Under the pieces are notes generated by a model. It was not told where the DNA came from. It saw only the letters and a program-made list of their open reading frames with translations, and did no database searches. A program made the position numbers and the translations under genes. From an uncultured Actinomycetes bacterium (lineage in GTDB: Bacteria > Actinomycetota > UBA4738 > HRBIN12): a stretch of 64,000 bases of DNA. The stretch lies in contig CAWAAO010000014.1 in the NCBI GenBank assembly GCA_963780015.1, forward strand, positions 269,336 to 333,335. Reading direction: 5' to 3'. Below are positions 31,829 to 42,590 of the stretch, one piece after another (the stretch's first letter is position 1; each line of letters begins with the position of its first letter).

Positions 31829-33328
31829 CTAGCCGACCGCCTTGATGATGTCCTCGGACAGCTGCGTGAACTGCTGCAGGTGCGTCACGCGATCCGCCTT
31901 GAGTCGCTCGACGATGTCGGCGTACTCGGCGCCCCGCCCCTGGGCTTCGTAGAGACGCCGCGGCTGCAGCTTCTCGACGTCGTCGAGGCCGGGGATCGAG
32001 GTGGCCACCTGGTAGCCGAAATCCGGGTCTTCCTCGAACACGATCGTGCGCTCCGCGATGCCGGAGACGCACGCGGAGGTGTCCGGGATCCGCAACTTCT
32101 TGGACCGGTCGTCGCCGTCCTTGCCGCCGACCCGTCCGGTATTGAGGAGGTAGGTCTCGATCGGGTGCGTGTCCAGCAGTTCCAGCAAGCGGTTGCCCTG
32201 CAGACCGTGGGGCAGCGGGAAGAACGGGTTCGTTCCCGGCACACGCAGGAACTTGCCTTCCTCGGCCGAACCTCCCGCGGCGGTGCCCGTGGTCTCACCG
32301 AGCATGAAGAACGCCGCCGCCTGCTCCTGGGACAGCTTGGCGACGGCGGGGATGATGTTCTCGTTGCGGTTCAGGATCAGCAGATAGTCGACCGTCCCGA
32401 CGTTGCGCGCATCCTCGTAGGACAGCAGGTCCCGCATCTCGAAGACCGCGCGCCCGTTCTTCGTGTAGTGCTCGTTGAAGAAGTCGATCGCGCCGTCCTC
32501 GCCTTGGTAGACGTTCTCGAGGTAGGCGTTGCTCTTGACGACCGCACCGTGGATCGACGGCTCGAAATCGGCGTCCAGACCGAACGTCTTGGCGAAACAG
32601 CCGTTCTCGGTGCCGTAGGCGTGCCCGCCGGGCATCAGGCCGACGAAGTCGTCCTGGATCGGCTTCGAGCCGTTCTGGGTCGTGAAGGTCGTCGTCGTCT
32701 TGCCCGTGCCGGACAGCCCGATGATCATCAAGACCTTGTTGCCGTCGGGGGTCGGGATCTCCTTGAGCCCGGCGTGCAGAGCGAGGCCGCCCTTCTTGTA
32801 GACGATGTCGTTCCACATGCGCAGCCCGCCCTTCTTGGACTCTCCGAAGTAGTCGGAGTGCAGGACGCGCGTCGTGTAGTCGTCGAGGTCGACGGCGATC
32901 AGGCGGTCATCGGGGTAGCCCTCGGCCTTGAGGCCGGGGGTGTAGATCACCCGCACCTCCGGGTCGGCGCCATCGGCGCGCTCGAAGTACAGCTTCTGCT
33001 GCATGCCGGCGATGTTGGCGTAGCGCTTCTCCATGACCAGCTGGGCGGCGGTTCGCATCTCGGGGTCGTTGCCGATGTAGCCGTCGATCACGATCATGTC
33101 GTGCTCGGCGATGTAGGCGTCTTGGAGTCGGGCGATGGTCTCGTAGTCCGTCCGGGACATGGTCTTGCCGCTGGATTCGCGATCCACGACGTAGGTCGAG
33201 GCCGCCGATCGGGACAGCACGGTGGTCTGCACGTTCACGTTGCCGAACTCGGTGAGCCGGGCCTCCGGCATCTCTTCGGTGAACGATCGCAGCTCCTCTG
33301 CAGTTGGATTGTGGAAAACCTGTGCCAC
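31829..33328 (-). CDS. pckA: phosphoenolpyruvate carboxykinase (ATP)
   Basis: Intact 499 aa with GAGGAGG SD. Kinase-1a P-loop is GLSGTGKTTT. Also GGHAYGTENGCFAKT and NTGRVGG motifs. Confidence 0.9.
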   Translation of the reverse strand: MAQVFHNPTAEELRSFTEEMPEARLTEFGNVNVQTTVLSRSAASTYVVDRESSGKTMSRTDYETIARLQDAYIAEHDMIVIDGYIGNDPEMRTAAQLVMEKRYANIAGMQQKLYFERADGADPEVRVIYTPGLKAEGYPDDRLIAVDLDDYTTRVLHSDYFGESKKGGLRMWNDIVYKKGGLALHAGLKEIPTPDGNKVLMIIGLSGTGKTTTTFTTQNGSKPIQDDFVGLMPGGHAYGTENGCFAKTFGLDADFEPSIHGAVVKSNAYLENVYQGEDGAIDFFNEHYTKNGRAVFEMRDLLSYEDARNVGTVDYLLILNRNENIIPAVAKLSQEQAAAFFMLGETTGTAAGGSAEEGKFLRVPGTNPFFPLPHGLQGNRLLELLDTHPIETYLLNTGRVGGKDGDDRSKKLRIPDTSACVSGIAERTIVFEEDPDFGYQVATSIPGLDDVEKLQPRRLYEAQGRGAEYADIVERLKADRVTHLQQFTQLSEDIIKAVG

Positions 33329-33596
33329 GTGGGCCTCCTCGGATCGTTGAAAGCGACGCCGCGACGGCGTCTCGAGCGGGGCTGAGAACGGGTTGCAGTG
33401 TATCGAACAGGGGTTTCCGGCCTTGGGGAGACGGCGTCGAACCCGTTGTACGAAGTGGCCAACGGGGCTCCGCGCCGAGCGCGCGGACTAGCCCTGTGGA
33501 ACCAGGTCGGATGGCCCCGGTGGGCCGTCAAGCGGACGTCCGAACGGGTCGAGGCATCGGGGAGAGCCCGCCGAACACGGGCTCGAAGGATGCAGC

Positions 33597-35424
33597 ATGC
33601 GCAAGGGCCTCACATTCGAGGCGGCAAAGAACCTGCACCGACGCCGCGCTCGGACGCTCATCTTCGCGTCCGTGGCCGCGCTGGTGCTGGGATCGACGGT
33701 CTCCGCGGCCGTGGCCGCTGCGTGGGGTGCCGATCGCCGCGATGCCGCCGAGGCCCGGTTTCAGGACGCCGTCTCCCTGCAGCGGGGGCACATCGAGGAG
33801 ACCGTGCGCGCGTATCGACGCATGCTCACCGTGACGCAGGGGTTCTTTGAGGTCGAGGATCCGACGCAGGAGCAGTTCTACGGGTTCACCGACTCCCTCG
33901 AGCTGACCGACGCGCATCCGTCGGTGATCGCGCTGCAGTTCGTCCGGCGTGTCGCGGGCCGCGCCTCCGGGGACCTCGCGTACCCGGTCACGATGGTCGC
34001 GCCGCGGTCGGCGTCGCCGACCCTGCTCGGCACGAACCTCGCCGCCGATCCCAGCGCGCGCGACGCACTCGAGCTGGTCGGCAAGGACGGTGGCGTGACG
34101 ATGACGCAACCGCAGCCCAACACGTACCAACAGCTTCGGATGCAGCTGGTCGCCCCCGTGCACCGGGGTGGCCGTTTCGTCGGCTGGGTGGGCGCGACGA
34201 TCGACCCGACGCAGCTTGGCCGGGAGATGCTCGGCGACCTGGCCCCCGGGTTGCGGGCCGCGGTGCAGTGGGACGCGAACGGCGCCGCGCTGGCGACCGC
34301 GATGGGAACGGGCTTCGACGATGCCGGTCCGATCGTCTTTTCGACGGCCGATCACGTCGTGGTCGACGGAACGCCCTGGACGATCCATCTGGACGCCACC
34401 CGCGTGTTCGATGAGGGCGTCGGCTTCCCGTGGGTCCCGCTCATCGTGTGTCTCGTCACGACCTTCATCGTCGGCGCTCGTGCTCTTCCTGCTGGGACGC
34501 TCGCGGATCGCCGCACTCGACCTGGCGACGCGCCTGGGTCTGGACCTTGCGGCATCCGAGGCAAGGGCCAAGGCCGTGATGGACAGCGCCATCGAGGCGA
34601 TCATCACCACCGACGCGCTCGGCCATATGGAGTCCGCCAACCCCGCCGCCGAGGCCCTCTTCGGCTGGACCGAGGCCGAGCTGGCGGGGCGCCCGATCGG
34701 AGACATCGTGCCCGCGTTCGCCATGACCGAGGAGCGGTCGGGGCTCCAAGACGTTCGGTGGGAGGAAGAGGAGCACATGGTGGAGGGCGTCCGCAAGGAC
34801 GGGTCCGCGCTGCCGCTCGACGTCTCGCTCGCCTCGACCTCGGTCGGGGGCAACGAGCTGTTCACCGTGATCGCGCGCGACGCGACGATCCGCAAACTGC
34901 ACGAGGACCAGCTCGAACACCAGGCCACGCACGATCCACTCACGGGGCTCGCCAACCGCAAGCTCTTCGACGAACTGTTGATCCGGGCCGTCTTCCGGGC
35001 GGAGCGATCGCGGCGCGCGATCGCCGTGCTGTACCTCGATCTGGACGGGTTCAAGGACGTCAACGACGTCTTCGGCCACCAAGCGGGGGACCGCGTGTTG
35101 TCCGAGACCTCGCGCCGGCTCGAAGCGGTGATCCGGCCGGGCGACATCGCGGCGCGCATGGGAGGCGATGAGTTCGTCGTCCTGTGCGAGAACCTGGCGA
35201 CGCCCGACGACGCCGAGAAGATCGCCACACGCATCGTGCAGGCCGTCGGCAAGCCGATCCCCGTCGCCGCCGGCGTGGCCACGGTCACGGCGAGCGTCGG
35301 TATCGCGATCGGATCGCTGGGGGAGTCTGCCGGCTCGATCGTGGCACGGGCCGACGAGGCGATGTACCGGACGAAGCAGGACGGGAAGGCCGGCTACCGG
35401 TTCGCGTCCGCGATCATCGGGTGA
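33597..35424 (+). CDS. membrane sensor diguanylate cyclase (CHASE-like periplasmic domain, PAS, GGDEF), +1 disruption near 34475
   Basis: An N-terminal TM is followed by an extracytoplasmic domain, a second TM that is interrupted by the frame break, and a PAS domain (AIITTDALGHMESANPAAEALFGW). The GGDEF domain contains RMGGDEFVVL. Confidence 0.8.
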
Positions 35425-35427
35425 GGC

Positions 35428-35625
35428 TCAGCCGCGAGCGGCGCGGACGACCTTGCCGGCCTTGATGCAGCTGGTACACGCGTTGACACGCTTGGGGGAG
35501 CCGTTGATCAGCGCGCGCACGCGCTGGATGTTCGGGTCCCACCGGCGGTTGTTCCGCTTGTGCGAGAACGTCACCGACTTGCCGAACCACGGCTTCTTTC
35601 CACAGATGTCACACACGGCGGCCAT
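35428..35625 (-). CDS. rpmB: 50S ribosomal protein L28
   Basis: Intact 65 aa. CDICGKKPWFGKSVTFSHKRNNRRWDPN. Confidence 0.9.
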   Translation of the reverse strand: MAAVCDICGKKPWFGKSVTFSHKRNNRRWDPNIQRVRALINGSPKRVNACTSCIKAGKVVRAARG

Positions 35626-35634
35626 AGTCCGACC

Positions 35635-35640
35635 AGCGTA
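35635..35640 (-). promoter_or_regulatory. -10-like hexamer placed for a leaderless transcript
   Basis: Minus-strand GGTACGCT, 9 nt before the rpmB ATG (35625). Confidence 0.3.
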
Positions 35641-35663
35641 CCAAAGGCCCGAGGGGGACCCGG

Positions 35664-36176
35664 TCAGGTCGCGATCGCCTCGATATTGGTCTCGAGGTCC
35701 TGGGCGGAGATCTGGCCCGGCACCGTTTTGACCAGCGTCCCGTTCGCGTCGAAGAACAGCGTCGCCGGTGGACTGAACAGACCGTAGGAGACCGCGATGA
35801 GGTTCGAGGGGTCGAAGACGCTCGGGTAGGGCACGCCGAATTCGTCGATGAACGACGTTGCCCCGTCGCGGTTGTCGGACAGGTCCACGCCGATGAATCG
35901 CACGGTGTCACCCCAGCGCCGGTGTGCCGCGATCAGGTCGGGGGTCTCCTCCCTGCACGGCGGGCACCACGATCCCCAGAAGTTCACCAGCACGGGTGTG
36001 CCCCGCTGCTGCGCGACCAGGGCGGCGAAGGTCGTCGGATCCATCGTCGGCAACTCCGTCGCGCTTTGCGGCAGGAGCGACGCCGACGGCGCGGCGGCCT
36101 GCCCGTCGCCCCCGCAGGCGGCGAGGATCACCAGAAGCGCGCACGCGAGCAGGACCCGCGCGGATCGTCGTGTCAT
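35664..36176 (-). CDS. TlpA/ResA-like thiol-disulfide oxidoreductase lipoprotein
   Basis: Lipobox LAAC and active site WCPPC. The start is moved to ATG 36176. Confidence 0.8.
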   Translation of the reverse strand: MTRRSARVLLACALLVILAACGGDGQAAAPSASLLPQSATELPTMDPTTFAALVAQQRGTPVLVNFWGSWCPPCREETPDLIAAHRRWGDTVRFIGVDLSDNRDGATSFIDEFGVPYPSVFDPSNLIAVSYGLFSPPATLFFDANGTLVKTVPGQISAQDLETNIEAIAT

Positions 36177-36214
36177 GCAGGCATGGTAGAACCCCAGACC
36201 GTGAGGGACCGCCC

Positions 36215-38409
36215 ATGCCGCTGAGCCCGGAGGATCCGGTCGTCGCGATCGATGCCCGTGTGGCCAAGCGCCGAACGGGTCGGTCGAAGGGTCCCGAGGC
36301 ACATCAGGTGCTGGCGGACGCGCTGGGCATCGAGACGGTCGGGCAGCTCCTCCATCACTACCCCCGTCGCTACATCGACCGGTCCCGCGTGCTGCCCATC
36401 GCGAAGCTGCCGATCGACGCGTACGCCACCGTGATCGCCACGGTGCGTTCGGTGGCCAAGCGCCAGACCCGGCGGCGCCAGGCCATGGTGACCGTCACCA
36501 TCGGGGACGGATCCGGCTTCCTGGACCTGACGTTCTTCAACCAGCCCTGGGTCGCCTCCTGGTACAAGGAGGGAGCCGAGCTCGCCGTGTCGGGCGTCGT
36601 CCAGCTGTATCGCGGGCGGCTCCAGCTCGCCAACCAGGAGGTCGAGGTGCTTCGCAGCGGCGAGCAGGACCTCGTGCACACCGGCCGGATCACCCCGGTG
36701 CATCCGGCGACCGACGGCATCACGCCTCGGACGATCCGTGAGTTGGTGTGGCTCGCGCTGCAGCAGCTGCCCAGCCAGGCCGATCCGCTGCCCGAGGATC
36801 TCCGGGCGGCCGAGGCGTTGTCCGACCGCGACCAGGCTCTTCGATGGATCCACTTCCCGGCCGATCAGCACGAGCTCGACGTGGCGCGCGAACGGCTGAA
36901 GTTCGACGAGCTGTTCACGCTCGAGCTCGGGGTGGCGTTCCGCCGACAACGACTGGAGGCCGAGCGCACCGGTGTGTCCCACGCCGCCGAAGGCCCGTTG
37001 ACGGAGGCGCTGCGCGGCTGCGCTGCCGTTCGTCGCGACCGACGCGCAGGTCCGCGCGATGGCGGAGGTCGACCGGCGCATGGAGGCGGCGCAGCCGATG
37101 AACCTGTTGCTCCAGGGCGACGTCGGGGCGGGCAAGACGCTGGTGGCGCTCCACGCGTGTCTGATCGCGATCCAATCCGGGCACCAGGCAGCGATCATGG
37201 CGCCGACAGAGGTGCTGGTCGGCCAGCACCTGCGATCGGTGGGCGCGCTCCTCGATCGCATCGGCGGGGCGCCGCTGTCCGATGCCTCGGGGCGCGGAAG
37301 CAAAGAACAGGAGTCCTTGTTCGCCGGCGACGCCGTCGCCCCGACGCTCACCTACGCCCTGTTGTCGGGCAGTGTGACGGGCTCGGACCGCGCGCGGATC
37401 CTGGCCGGCGGCCGCCGACGGGTCGCTCGATCTGGTGATCGGCACACACGCGCTGGTGCAGGAAGGCGTCGAGTTCGCGGATCTCAGCTTGGCGGTCGTC
37501 GACGAGCAGCATCGGTTCGGTCTGCACCAGCGCATGGCACTGACGGGCAAAGGGGGAGGGGACATCGACGTGCTGATCATGACGGCGACCCCGATCCCGC
37601 GGACGCTGGCCCTGACCTACTACGGCGATCTCGATGTCGCGATCCTCGACGAACTCCCGCCGGGACGCCAGCCGATCCGCACCGTGGCCGCGCGCACCGA
37701 CGGGGAACGCATCGCGGCCGAGGATCTGGTGCGCGTCGAGGTCGCCGCCGGCCGGCAGGCGTTCGTCGTCTGCGCAGCGATCGATGAAGCGAATCGCACC
37801 CAGGTGAAGGCGGCGGAGACCGAGGCCGAGCGACTGCGTCTCGACGTCTTCCCCAACCTTCGGGTCGAGCTGCTCCACGGCCGCATGCGGCCCAAGGACA
37901 AGGAGCGGATCATGGATGCGTTCCGGGCGGGCGAGGCCGACGTGTTGATCTCGACGACCGTGATCGAGGTCGGTGTCGACGTGCCGAACGCCACGGTCAT
38001 GCTCGTGGAGAACGCCGAGCGCTTCGGGCTCGCGCAGCTCCATCAGCTGCGGGGCCGGATCGGGCGCGGGCCCCACCCGTCCACCTGTGTGCTCTTCGAC
38101 GCGTCCGATCCCGCCAACGAAGAGGCACGCGCGCGGATCGACGCGATGGTCCGAACCACCGATGGGTTCGAGCTCGCGGACGAGGATCTGCGGCTGCGCG
38201 GGGAGGGCACCCTGTTCGACACGCGCCAGTCCGGGATGCCCGATCTCAAGCTCGCTCGGTTGGCCGAGGACGTGGACCTCATCGGGCGCGCCCGCGCCCG
38301 CGCGTTCGCGGTGGTGGCCGACGATCCGGGGCTGGCCGAGCACCCGGAGCTGCTCGAGGAGCTGACCCTGCGGTTCGCGGCCTCCATCGACTGGCTGTTC
38401 CGGTCCTGA
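36215..38409 (+). CDS. recG: ATP-dependent DNA helicase RecG, two +1 disruptions (near 37015 and 37410)
   Basis: Wedge/OB region, Walker A GDVGAGKT, DEQHRFG and QLHQLRGRIGRG lie in three colinear frames. Confidence 0.85.
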
Positions 38410-38435
38410 CCCTCCCTCGACGTGCAACGGGGCGA

Positions 38436-38441
38436 TAGGCT
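38436..38441 (+). promoter_or_regulatory. -10-like hexamer placed for a leaderless transcript
   Basis: TAGGCT, 8 nt before GTG 38450. Confidence 0.35.
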
Positions 38442-38449
38442 CGCCGATC

Positions 38450-39014
38450 GTGCGCATCATCGCGGGAGCGGCCAAGGGGACGCGACTCGGGCCGGTGCCC
38501 CCCGGCACCCGCCCGATGTCCGACATGGCCAGGGAGGGTCTCTTCGCGAGCCTCGGGGCCGCCGTCGAGGGCGCCCGCTGCCTCGACCTGTTCGCCGGTA
38601 CCGGGGCCGTCGGGATCGAGGCGTGGTCTCGAGGCGCCACGGAGGTGGTGTTCGTCGAGCGCTCGACCAAGGCGATCGGCACGATCCGCGACAACATCGC
38701 GCGAGCACATGCATCCGAGGGGCGTCGAGGTCGTCAGGGCCGAGGTCGGCGCGTGGCTCACCAGACATGCTGCAGCGCAAGGTGTATTCGACATCGTGTT
38801 CTGCGATCCGCCGTACGACGTCTCCGGCCCACCTCTGGACCGCGTCCTCGGCGCGCTCGACGCGGGATGGCTTGCCCCGGAGAGCTGGACCCTGATATTG
38901 ACCCGCGGTCATAAGAGTTCCGCGCCTGTAGTTCCGGTACACTGGGCCGTCCGGAGGCAGCTCCGCTATGGGGACAGCCTCCTCACCTTGTACCGGGAGG
39001 AGCGATGGGCCTGA
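38450..39014 (+). CDS. rsmD: 16S rRNA (guanine966-N2)-methyltransferase, +1 disruption near 38705
   Basis: Motifs RIIAGAAKG, LDLFAGTGAVGIEA and FCDPPY. Confidence 0.8.
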
Positions 39015-39487
39015 CCGCCCTGTGTCCGGGAACGTTCGACCCGGTGACCAACGGGCACCTCGATGTCGTCGGCCGTGCCGCAAGCACGTTCGACGCGGTC
39101 GTCGTGGCCGTCGTCGAGAACCCGTCGAAGACGCCGTTGTTCGCCGTGGCGGAGCGGATCGCCTTGCTCGAAGAAGCGGTCCGCCACCTCGGCAACGTCC
39201 GGGTGGGGGCGTTCGGCGGCCTGTTGGTGGACTACGCCCGCGCACAGGGCGCGAGCGTGATCGTGAAGGGCCTTCGGGCCGTGAGTGACTACGAATACGA
39301 GATCCAGATGGCACAGATGAACCAACGCATCGGCGAGATCGAGACGCTGTTCATGGCGACCAGTCCGAAGTGGTCGTTCTTGTCGTCGTCCCTCGTGAAG
39401 GAGGTCGCTCGCCTCGGCGGCGATGTCGAGGGGCTCGTGCCCGATCACGTGCGCAAAGCGTTGATCGACCGGCTGGAGGCGTCGTGA
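39005..39487 (+). CDS. coaD: phosphopantetheine adenylyltransferase
   Basis: Intact 160 aa. PGTFDPVTNGHLD motif. Confidence 0.9.
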   Translation: MGLTALCPGTFDPVTNGHLDVVGRAASTFDAVVVAVVENPSKTPLFAVAERIALLEEAVRHLGNVRVGAFGGLLVDYARAQGASVIVKGLRAVSDYEYEIQMAQMNQRIGEIETLFMATSPKWSFLSSSLVKEVARLGGDVEGLVPDHVRKALIDRLEAS

Positions 39488-40059
39488 TGGACCTCGCCGG
39501 CCGGCTCGCCGAGCTCGAGGAGATCGTCCGCGATGCGAAGTCGATGCCGCTGTCCTCCTCGGTGCTGATCAGCCGCGACGAGGTCCTCGAGCTGCTGCAC
39601 GAGATGCAGGAGGCCCTGCCCGAGGAGATCAAGCAGGCGCGCTGGATCGTCAAGGACCGCGAGGAGCTCCTCGCCAAGGCGCGGGCCGAGGGCGATCGCA
39701 TCATCGAGCAGGCGCACGAGGAGCAGCGCCGGATGGCGATGAAGACCGAGGTCGCCAAGCGGGGCGAGGAAGAGGCCGCCCAGGTGTTGCAAGACGCCGA
39801 GGACACGACCGGCGCGATGCGGCGTGAGGCCGAGGACTACGTGGACGGGAAGCTCGCACAGTTCGAGATCTCGCTGCGCAAGATCCTCGAGGACGCCCAG
39901 GGAACGGCCCGGGCCTTGGCGAAGACCCTGGATCAGGTCGAGCTCGGCCGCGAACGCCTCCGCGCGCCGACGACGGCGGCGGAGCAGCGCCTCGGCACGC
40001 CGGAGGAGCCGGCCGGCGAGCTGTTCGACGCCGAGGCGGACGGGGAGGACTTCGGATGA
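39487..40059 (+). CDS. coiled-coil protein of unknown function (Glu/Arg/Ala-rich)
   Basis: ATG overlaps the coaD TGA. The protein is about 190 aa with heptad-like charged sequence. The position (coaD to DUF177) is conserved in actinobacteria, as far as I recall. Confidence 0.45.
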   Translation: MDLAGRLAELEEIVRDAKSMPLSSSVLISRDEVLELLHEMQEALPEEIKQARWIVKDREELLAKARAEGDRIIEQAHEEQRRMAMKTEVAKRGEEEAAQVLQDAEDTTGAMRREAEDYVDGKLAQFEISLRKILEDAQGTARALAKTLDQVELGRERLRAPTTAAEQRLGTPEEPAGELFDAEADGEDFG

Positions 40060-40583
40060 CGCTGGCGCCCATCGACGTGCACGATCTGCTCGGACAGCCG
40101 GGCATGTCGCGTCGCAGCGACGTGCTCGGCACGATCGACGGTCTCGCGACCGAGCTGGTCGCGGTCCCCGACGACGCGCCGCTCGGCGGCTCGCTGCTGC
40201 TCGAGTCGGTCGTTGAGGGCATCCTCGTGACCGGGCCGATCACCGGCACGTGGACGGTGCGCTGCGCACGCTGCCTCACCGAGCGCCAACAGCCGTTCAG
40301 CGTGGAGGTGAGCGAGTTGTTCGTCACGAACCCGTCCGAGGACGACGACGAGGACGACGACGGGTACGCGCTCGTTGCGGACACGATCGATCTCGACCAG
40401 CTGATCCGCGATGCCGTCGGCGTCGAGATGCCGTTCGCTCCGCTGTGTCGCCCCGATTGCCTGGGGCTCTGCGAGGTCTGCGGCGGCAACCGCAACCTCG
40501 GCGAGTGCCCCGGCCACGAAGCCATCGACCCACGGTTCGCCGTCCTGGCGGACCTGTTGCCCGATCTCCCGGATATCGACTGA
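40056..40583 (+). CDS. YceD/DUF177 family protein
   Basis: Intact 175 aa. CRPDCLGLCEVCGGN motif. Precedes rpmF, as is usual. Confidence 0.8.
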   Translation: MTLAPIDVHDLLGQPGMSRRSDVLGTIDGLATELVAVPDDAPLGGSLLLESVVEGILVTGPITGTWTVRCARCLTERQQPFSVEVSELFVTNPSEDDDEDDDGYALVADTIDLDQLIRDAVGVEMPFAPLCRPDCLGLCEVCGGNRNLGECPGHEAIDPRFAVLADLLPDLPDID

Positions 40584-40599
40584 CACGAAAGGAACCACC

Positions 40600-40776
40600 A
40601 TGGCGGTCCCCAAGAAGAAGCAGAGCAAGACCCGTACCGCGAAGCGACGTGCGAACTGGAAGACGGAGGCGACGTCGTACAGCTCGTGTCCGCAATGCAA
40701 GCAGCCCAAGATGCCCCATCGGGTGTGCGGCAACTGTGGGTACTACGCCGGTCGCCAGGCGGTCGAGGTCGAGTAG
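40600..40776 (+). CDS. rpmF: 50S ribosomal protein L32
   Basis: 58 aa. MAVPKKKQSKTRTAKRRANW and a CPQC...CGNCGYY zinc ribbon. Confidence 0.9.
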   Translation: MAVPKKKQSKTRTAKRRANWKTEATSYSSCPQCKQPKMPHRVCGNCGYYAGRQAVEVE

Positions 40777-40780
40777 CCGG

Positions 40781-41494
40781 GTGCCCCCCGCGGTGGCGCA
40801 GCTGGACGCCCTGGACCGGGCCCTTGGGGTCCGGTTCCACGACGCCGGGCTGCGTGAGGCGGCCCTGACGCATCGTTCGTTCGCGTTCGAGCAGGGGCTC
40901 ACGGTCACGAACGAGCGCCTGGAGTTCTTGGGCGACTCCGTGCTCGGGCTGGTCGTGACCGACATGGCCTATGCGTCCTATCCGGATCTTCCCGAGGGGC
41001 ATCTCGCGAAGCTGCGCGCGGCGATCGTGAACATGCAGGCGCTGGCCGACGTGGCACGCGGGCTCGGGATCGGCGAGCTCGTCCTGCTCGGCAAGGGAGA
41101 GGAGCAATCGGGCGGGCGCGACAAGGCGAGCATCCTGGCCGACGCGCTCGAGGCGATCTTCGGCGCCGTGTACCTGGACGAGGGGCTCGACCGGGCACGT
41201 GCGTTGATCGAGCGGCTCTTTCGCCCGCGGATGGAGGCCTACGTACGGGGCGAGGGAGACCGCGACTTCAAGACGATCCTGCAGGAGCTGGCGTCGCAGC
41301 GGCTCCGATCCTTGCCGAGCTACGAGGTCGCCGAGGACGGGCCGGATCACCAGAAGGAGTTCACCGCCGTCGTGTCGGTGGCGGGCGAGGAGCTCGGAGC
41401 GGGGAGTGGACGAACCAAGAAGGAAGCGGAGCAGCACGCTGCGCGCGAGGCCTACGAGCGACTGCGTGTGCGCGGCGCCGGGGAGACACCCTAG
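40781..41494 (+). CDS. rnc: ribonuclease III
   Basis: NERLEFLGDSVLG signature plus a C-terminal dsRBD. GTG start at 40781. Confidence 0.9.
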   Translation: MPPAVAQLDALDRALGVRFHDAGLREAALTHRSFAFEQGLTVTNERLEFLGDSVLGLVVTDMAYASYPDLPEGHLAKLRAAIVNMQALADVARGLGIGELVLLGKGEEQSGGRDKASILADALEAIFGAVYLDEGLDRARALIERLFRPRMEAYVRGEGDRDFKTILQELASQRLRSLPSYEVAEDGPDHQKEFTAVVSVAGEELGAGSGRTKKEAEQHAAREAYERLRVRGAGETP

Positions 41495-41503
41495 GAGGGA
41501 CGG

Positions 41504-42346
41504 ATGGAGCTTCCCGAAGTCGAGGTGATGCGCCGGGACCTGGATCGCGACGTCGTCGGCAAGAAGATCAAGAGCGTCGAGGTCAAGGGCACCAAGAACG
41601 CCATGCGCGCGATCCGCCGGCACAAGACGCGCAAGGAGTTCACCTCGCGCGTGGCCGGGCACAAGATCGCCAAGGTCGAACGGCGCGGCAAGTACATCCT
41701 GATCCACCTCGACGGGGGCGATGTGTGGGTGGTGCATTTCGGGATGAGCGGCCGCTTCCAGCGCGGCAACGGCCGCCTCGCGCTTGCGCCCCACACCCAT
41801 GTCGTCGCGACGTTCCAGCAGGGCGGCGATCTCCGCTTCATCGACCCCCGGACCTTCGGCGAGGTGTTCGTCGTCTCGCCCGACGAGATGGGCAAGATCA
41901 AGGATCTGCAGCACATCGCGATCGATCCGCTGGACCAGGTGTTCACGTGGCCCACGTTCCAGTACCTGCTCGCGGAGAAGGCCGCGAAGATGAAGCAGCT
42001 GCTGATGGACCAGAAGTTCATCAGCGGGCTCGGCAACATCTACTCCGACGAGGTGCTGTTCGGGGCCGGCCTCCGGTTCGACCGGCTCAGCAACACGCTG
42101 TCGTCCCAGGAGGTGCGCCGGCTCTACCGGGGGATGCAGGAAGTGCTGCAGGAGGCGATCAAGCTCCGCGGCACCACACTGGAGGACGAGGCGTATCTCG
42201 ACCTGTTCGGGGAGCCGGGGGAGTACCAGAACGAACTCAAGGTCTACGGCCGGACGGGGTTGCCCTGTCGACGGTGCCGCACCCCGATCCAGACCGTGAA
42301 GATCTCCCAACGCAGCTCGTATTACTGCCCGCAATGTCAGAGCTGA
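41504..42346 (+). CDS. mutM: formamidopyrimidine-DNA glycosylase family (Fpg/Nei)
   Basis: Intact 280 aa with GGAGGGA SD. ELPEVE N-terminus, H2TH region and C-terminal zinc finger CRRC...CPQC. The N-terminus reads MELPEVE rather than MPELPEVE (see findings). Confidence 0.85.
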   Translation: MELPEVEVMRRDLDRDVVGKKIKSVEVKGTKNAMRAIRRHKTRKEFTSRVAGHKIAKVERRGKYILIHLDGGDVWVVHFGMSGRFQRGNGRLALAPHTHVVATFQQGGDLRFIDPRTFGEVFVVSPDEMGKIKDLQHIAIDPLDQVFTWPTFQYLLAEKAAKMKQLLMDQKFISGLGNIYSDEVLFGAGLRFDRLSNTLSSQEVRRLYRGMQEVLQEAIKLRGTTLEDEAYLDLFGEPGEYQNELKVYGRTGLPCRRCRTPIQTVKISQRSSYYCPQCQS

Positions 42347-42353
42347 GTCCGAG

Positions 42354-42590
42354 ATGAGTGGCGGCGGCAACCAGTACACGCTTGCAGCGCTCGCGACGAC
42401 CGCCTCGCACTCCGTGCCGCGTTCCGGCAGCTACTCGCTGCAGCATCGGCACCCCGACGGACGGCACTGGCTCGAGATCGGACGCTTCGCGACGCGCCAT
42501 CTCGCCAAGGAGACGATGAGCGCGTTCGTCGCCGCCGACTATGGACCGAAGGAGGACTTCCGCGTCCGCAAGCTCAATCTCCCCGACTGA
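42354..42590 (+). CDS. hypothetical protein (78 aa)
   Basis: High-GC3 intact ORF. No family recognised. Confidence 0.4.
   Translation: MSGGGNQYTLAALATTASHSVPRSGSYSLQHRHPDGRHWLEIGRFATRHLAKETMSAFVAADYGPKEDFRVRKLNLPD

Noticed and set aside
33390-33480. Stem-loop CCCGTTG...CAACGGG and surrounding 270-bp divergent intergenic region between pckA and the GGDEF gene, considered as a riboswitch.
   Set aside because: I could not match it to any riboswitch consensus I know. A single 7-bp hairpin is weak evidence.
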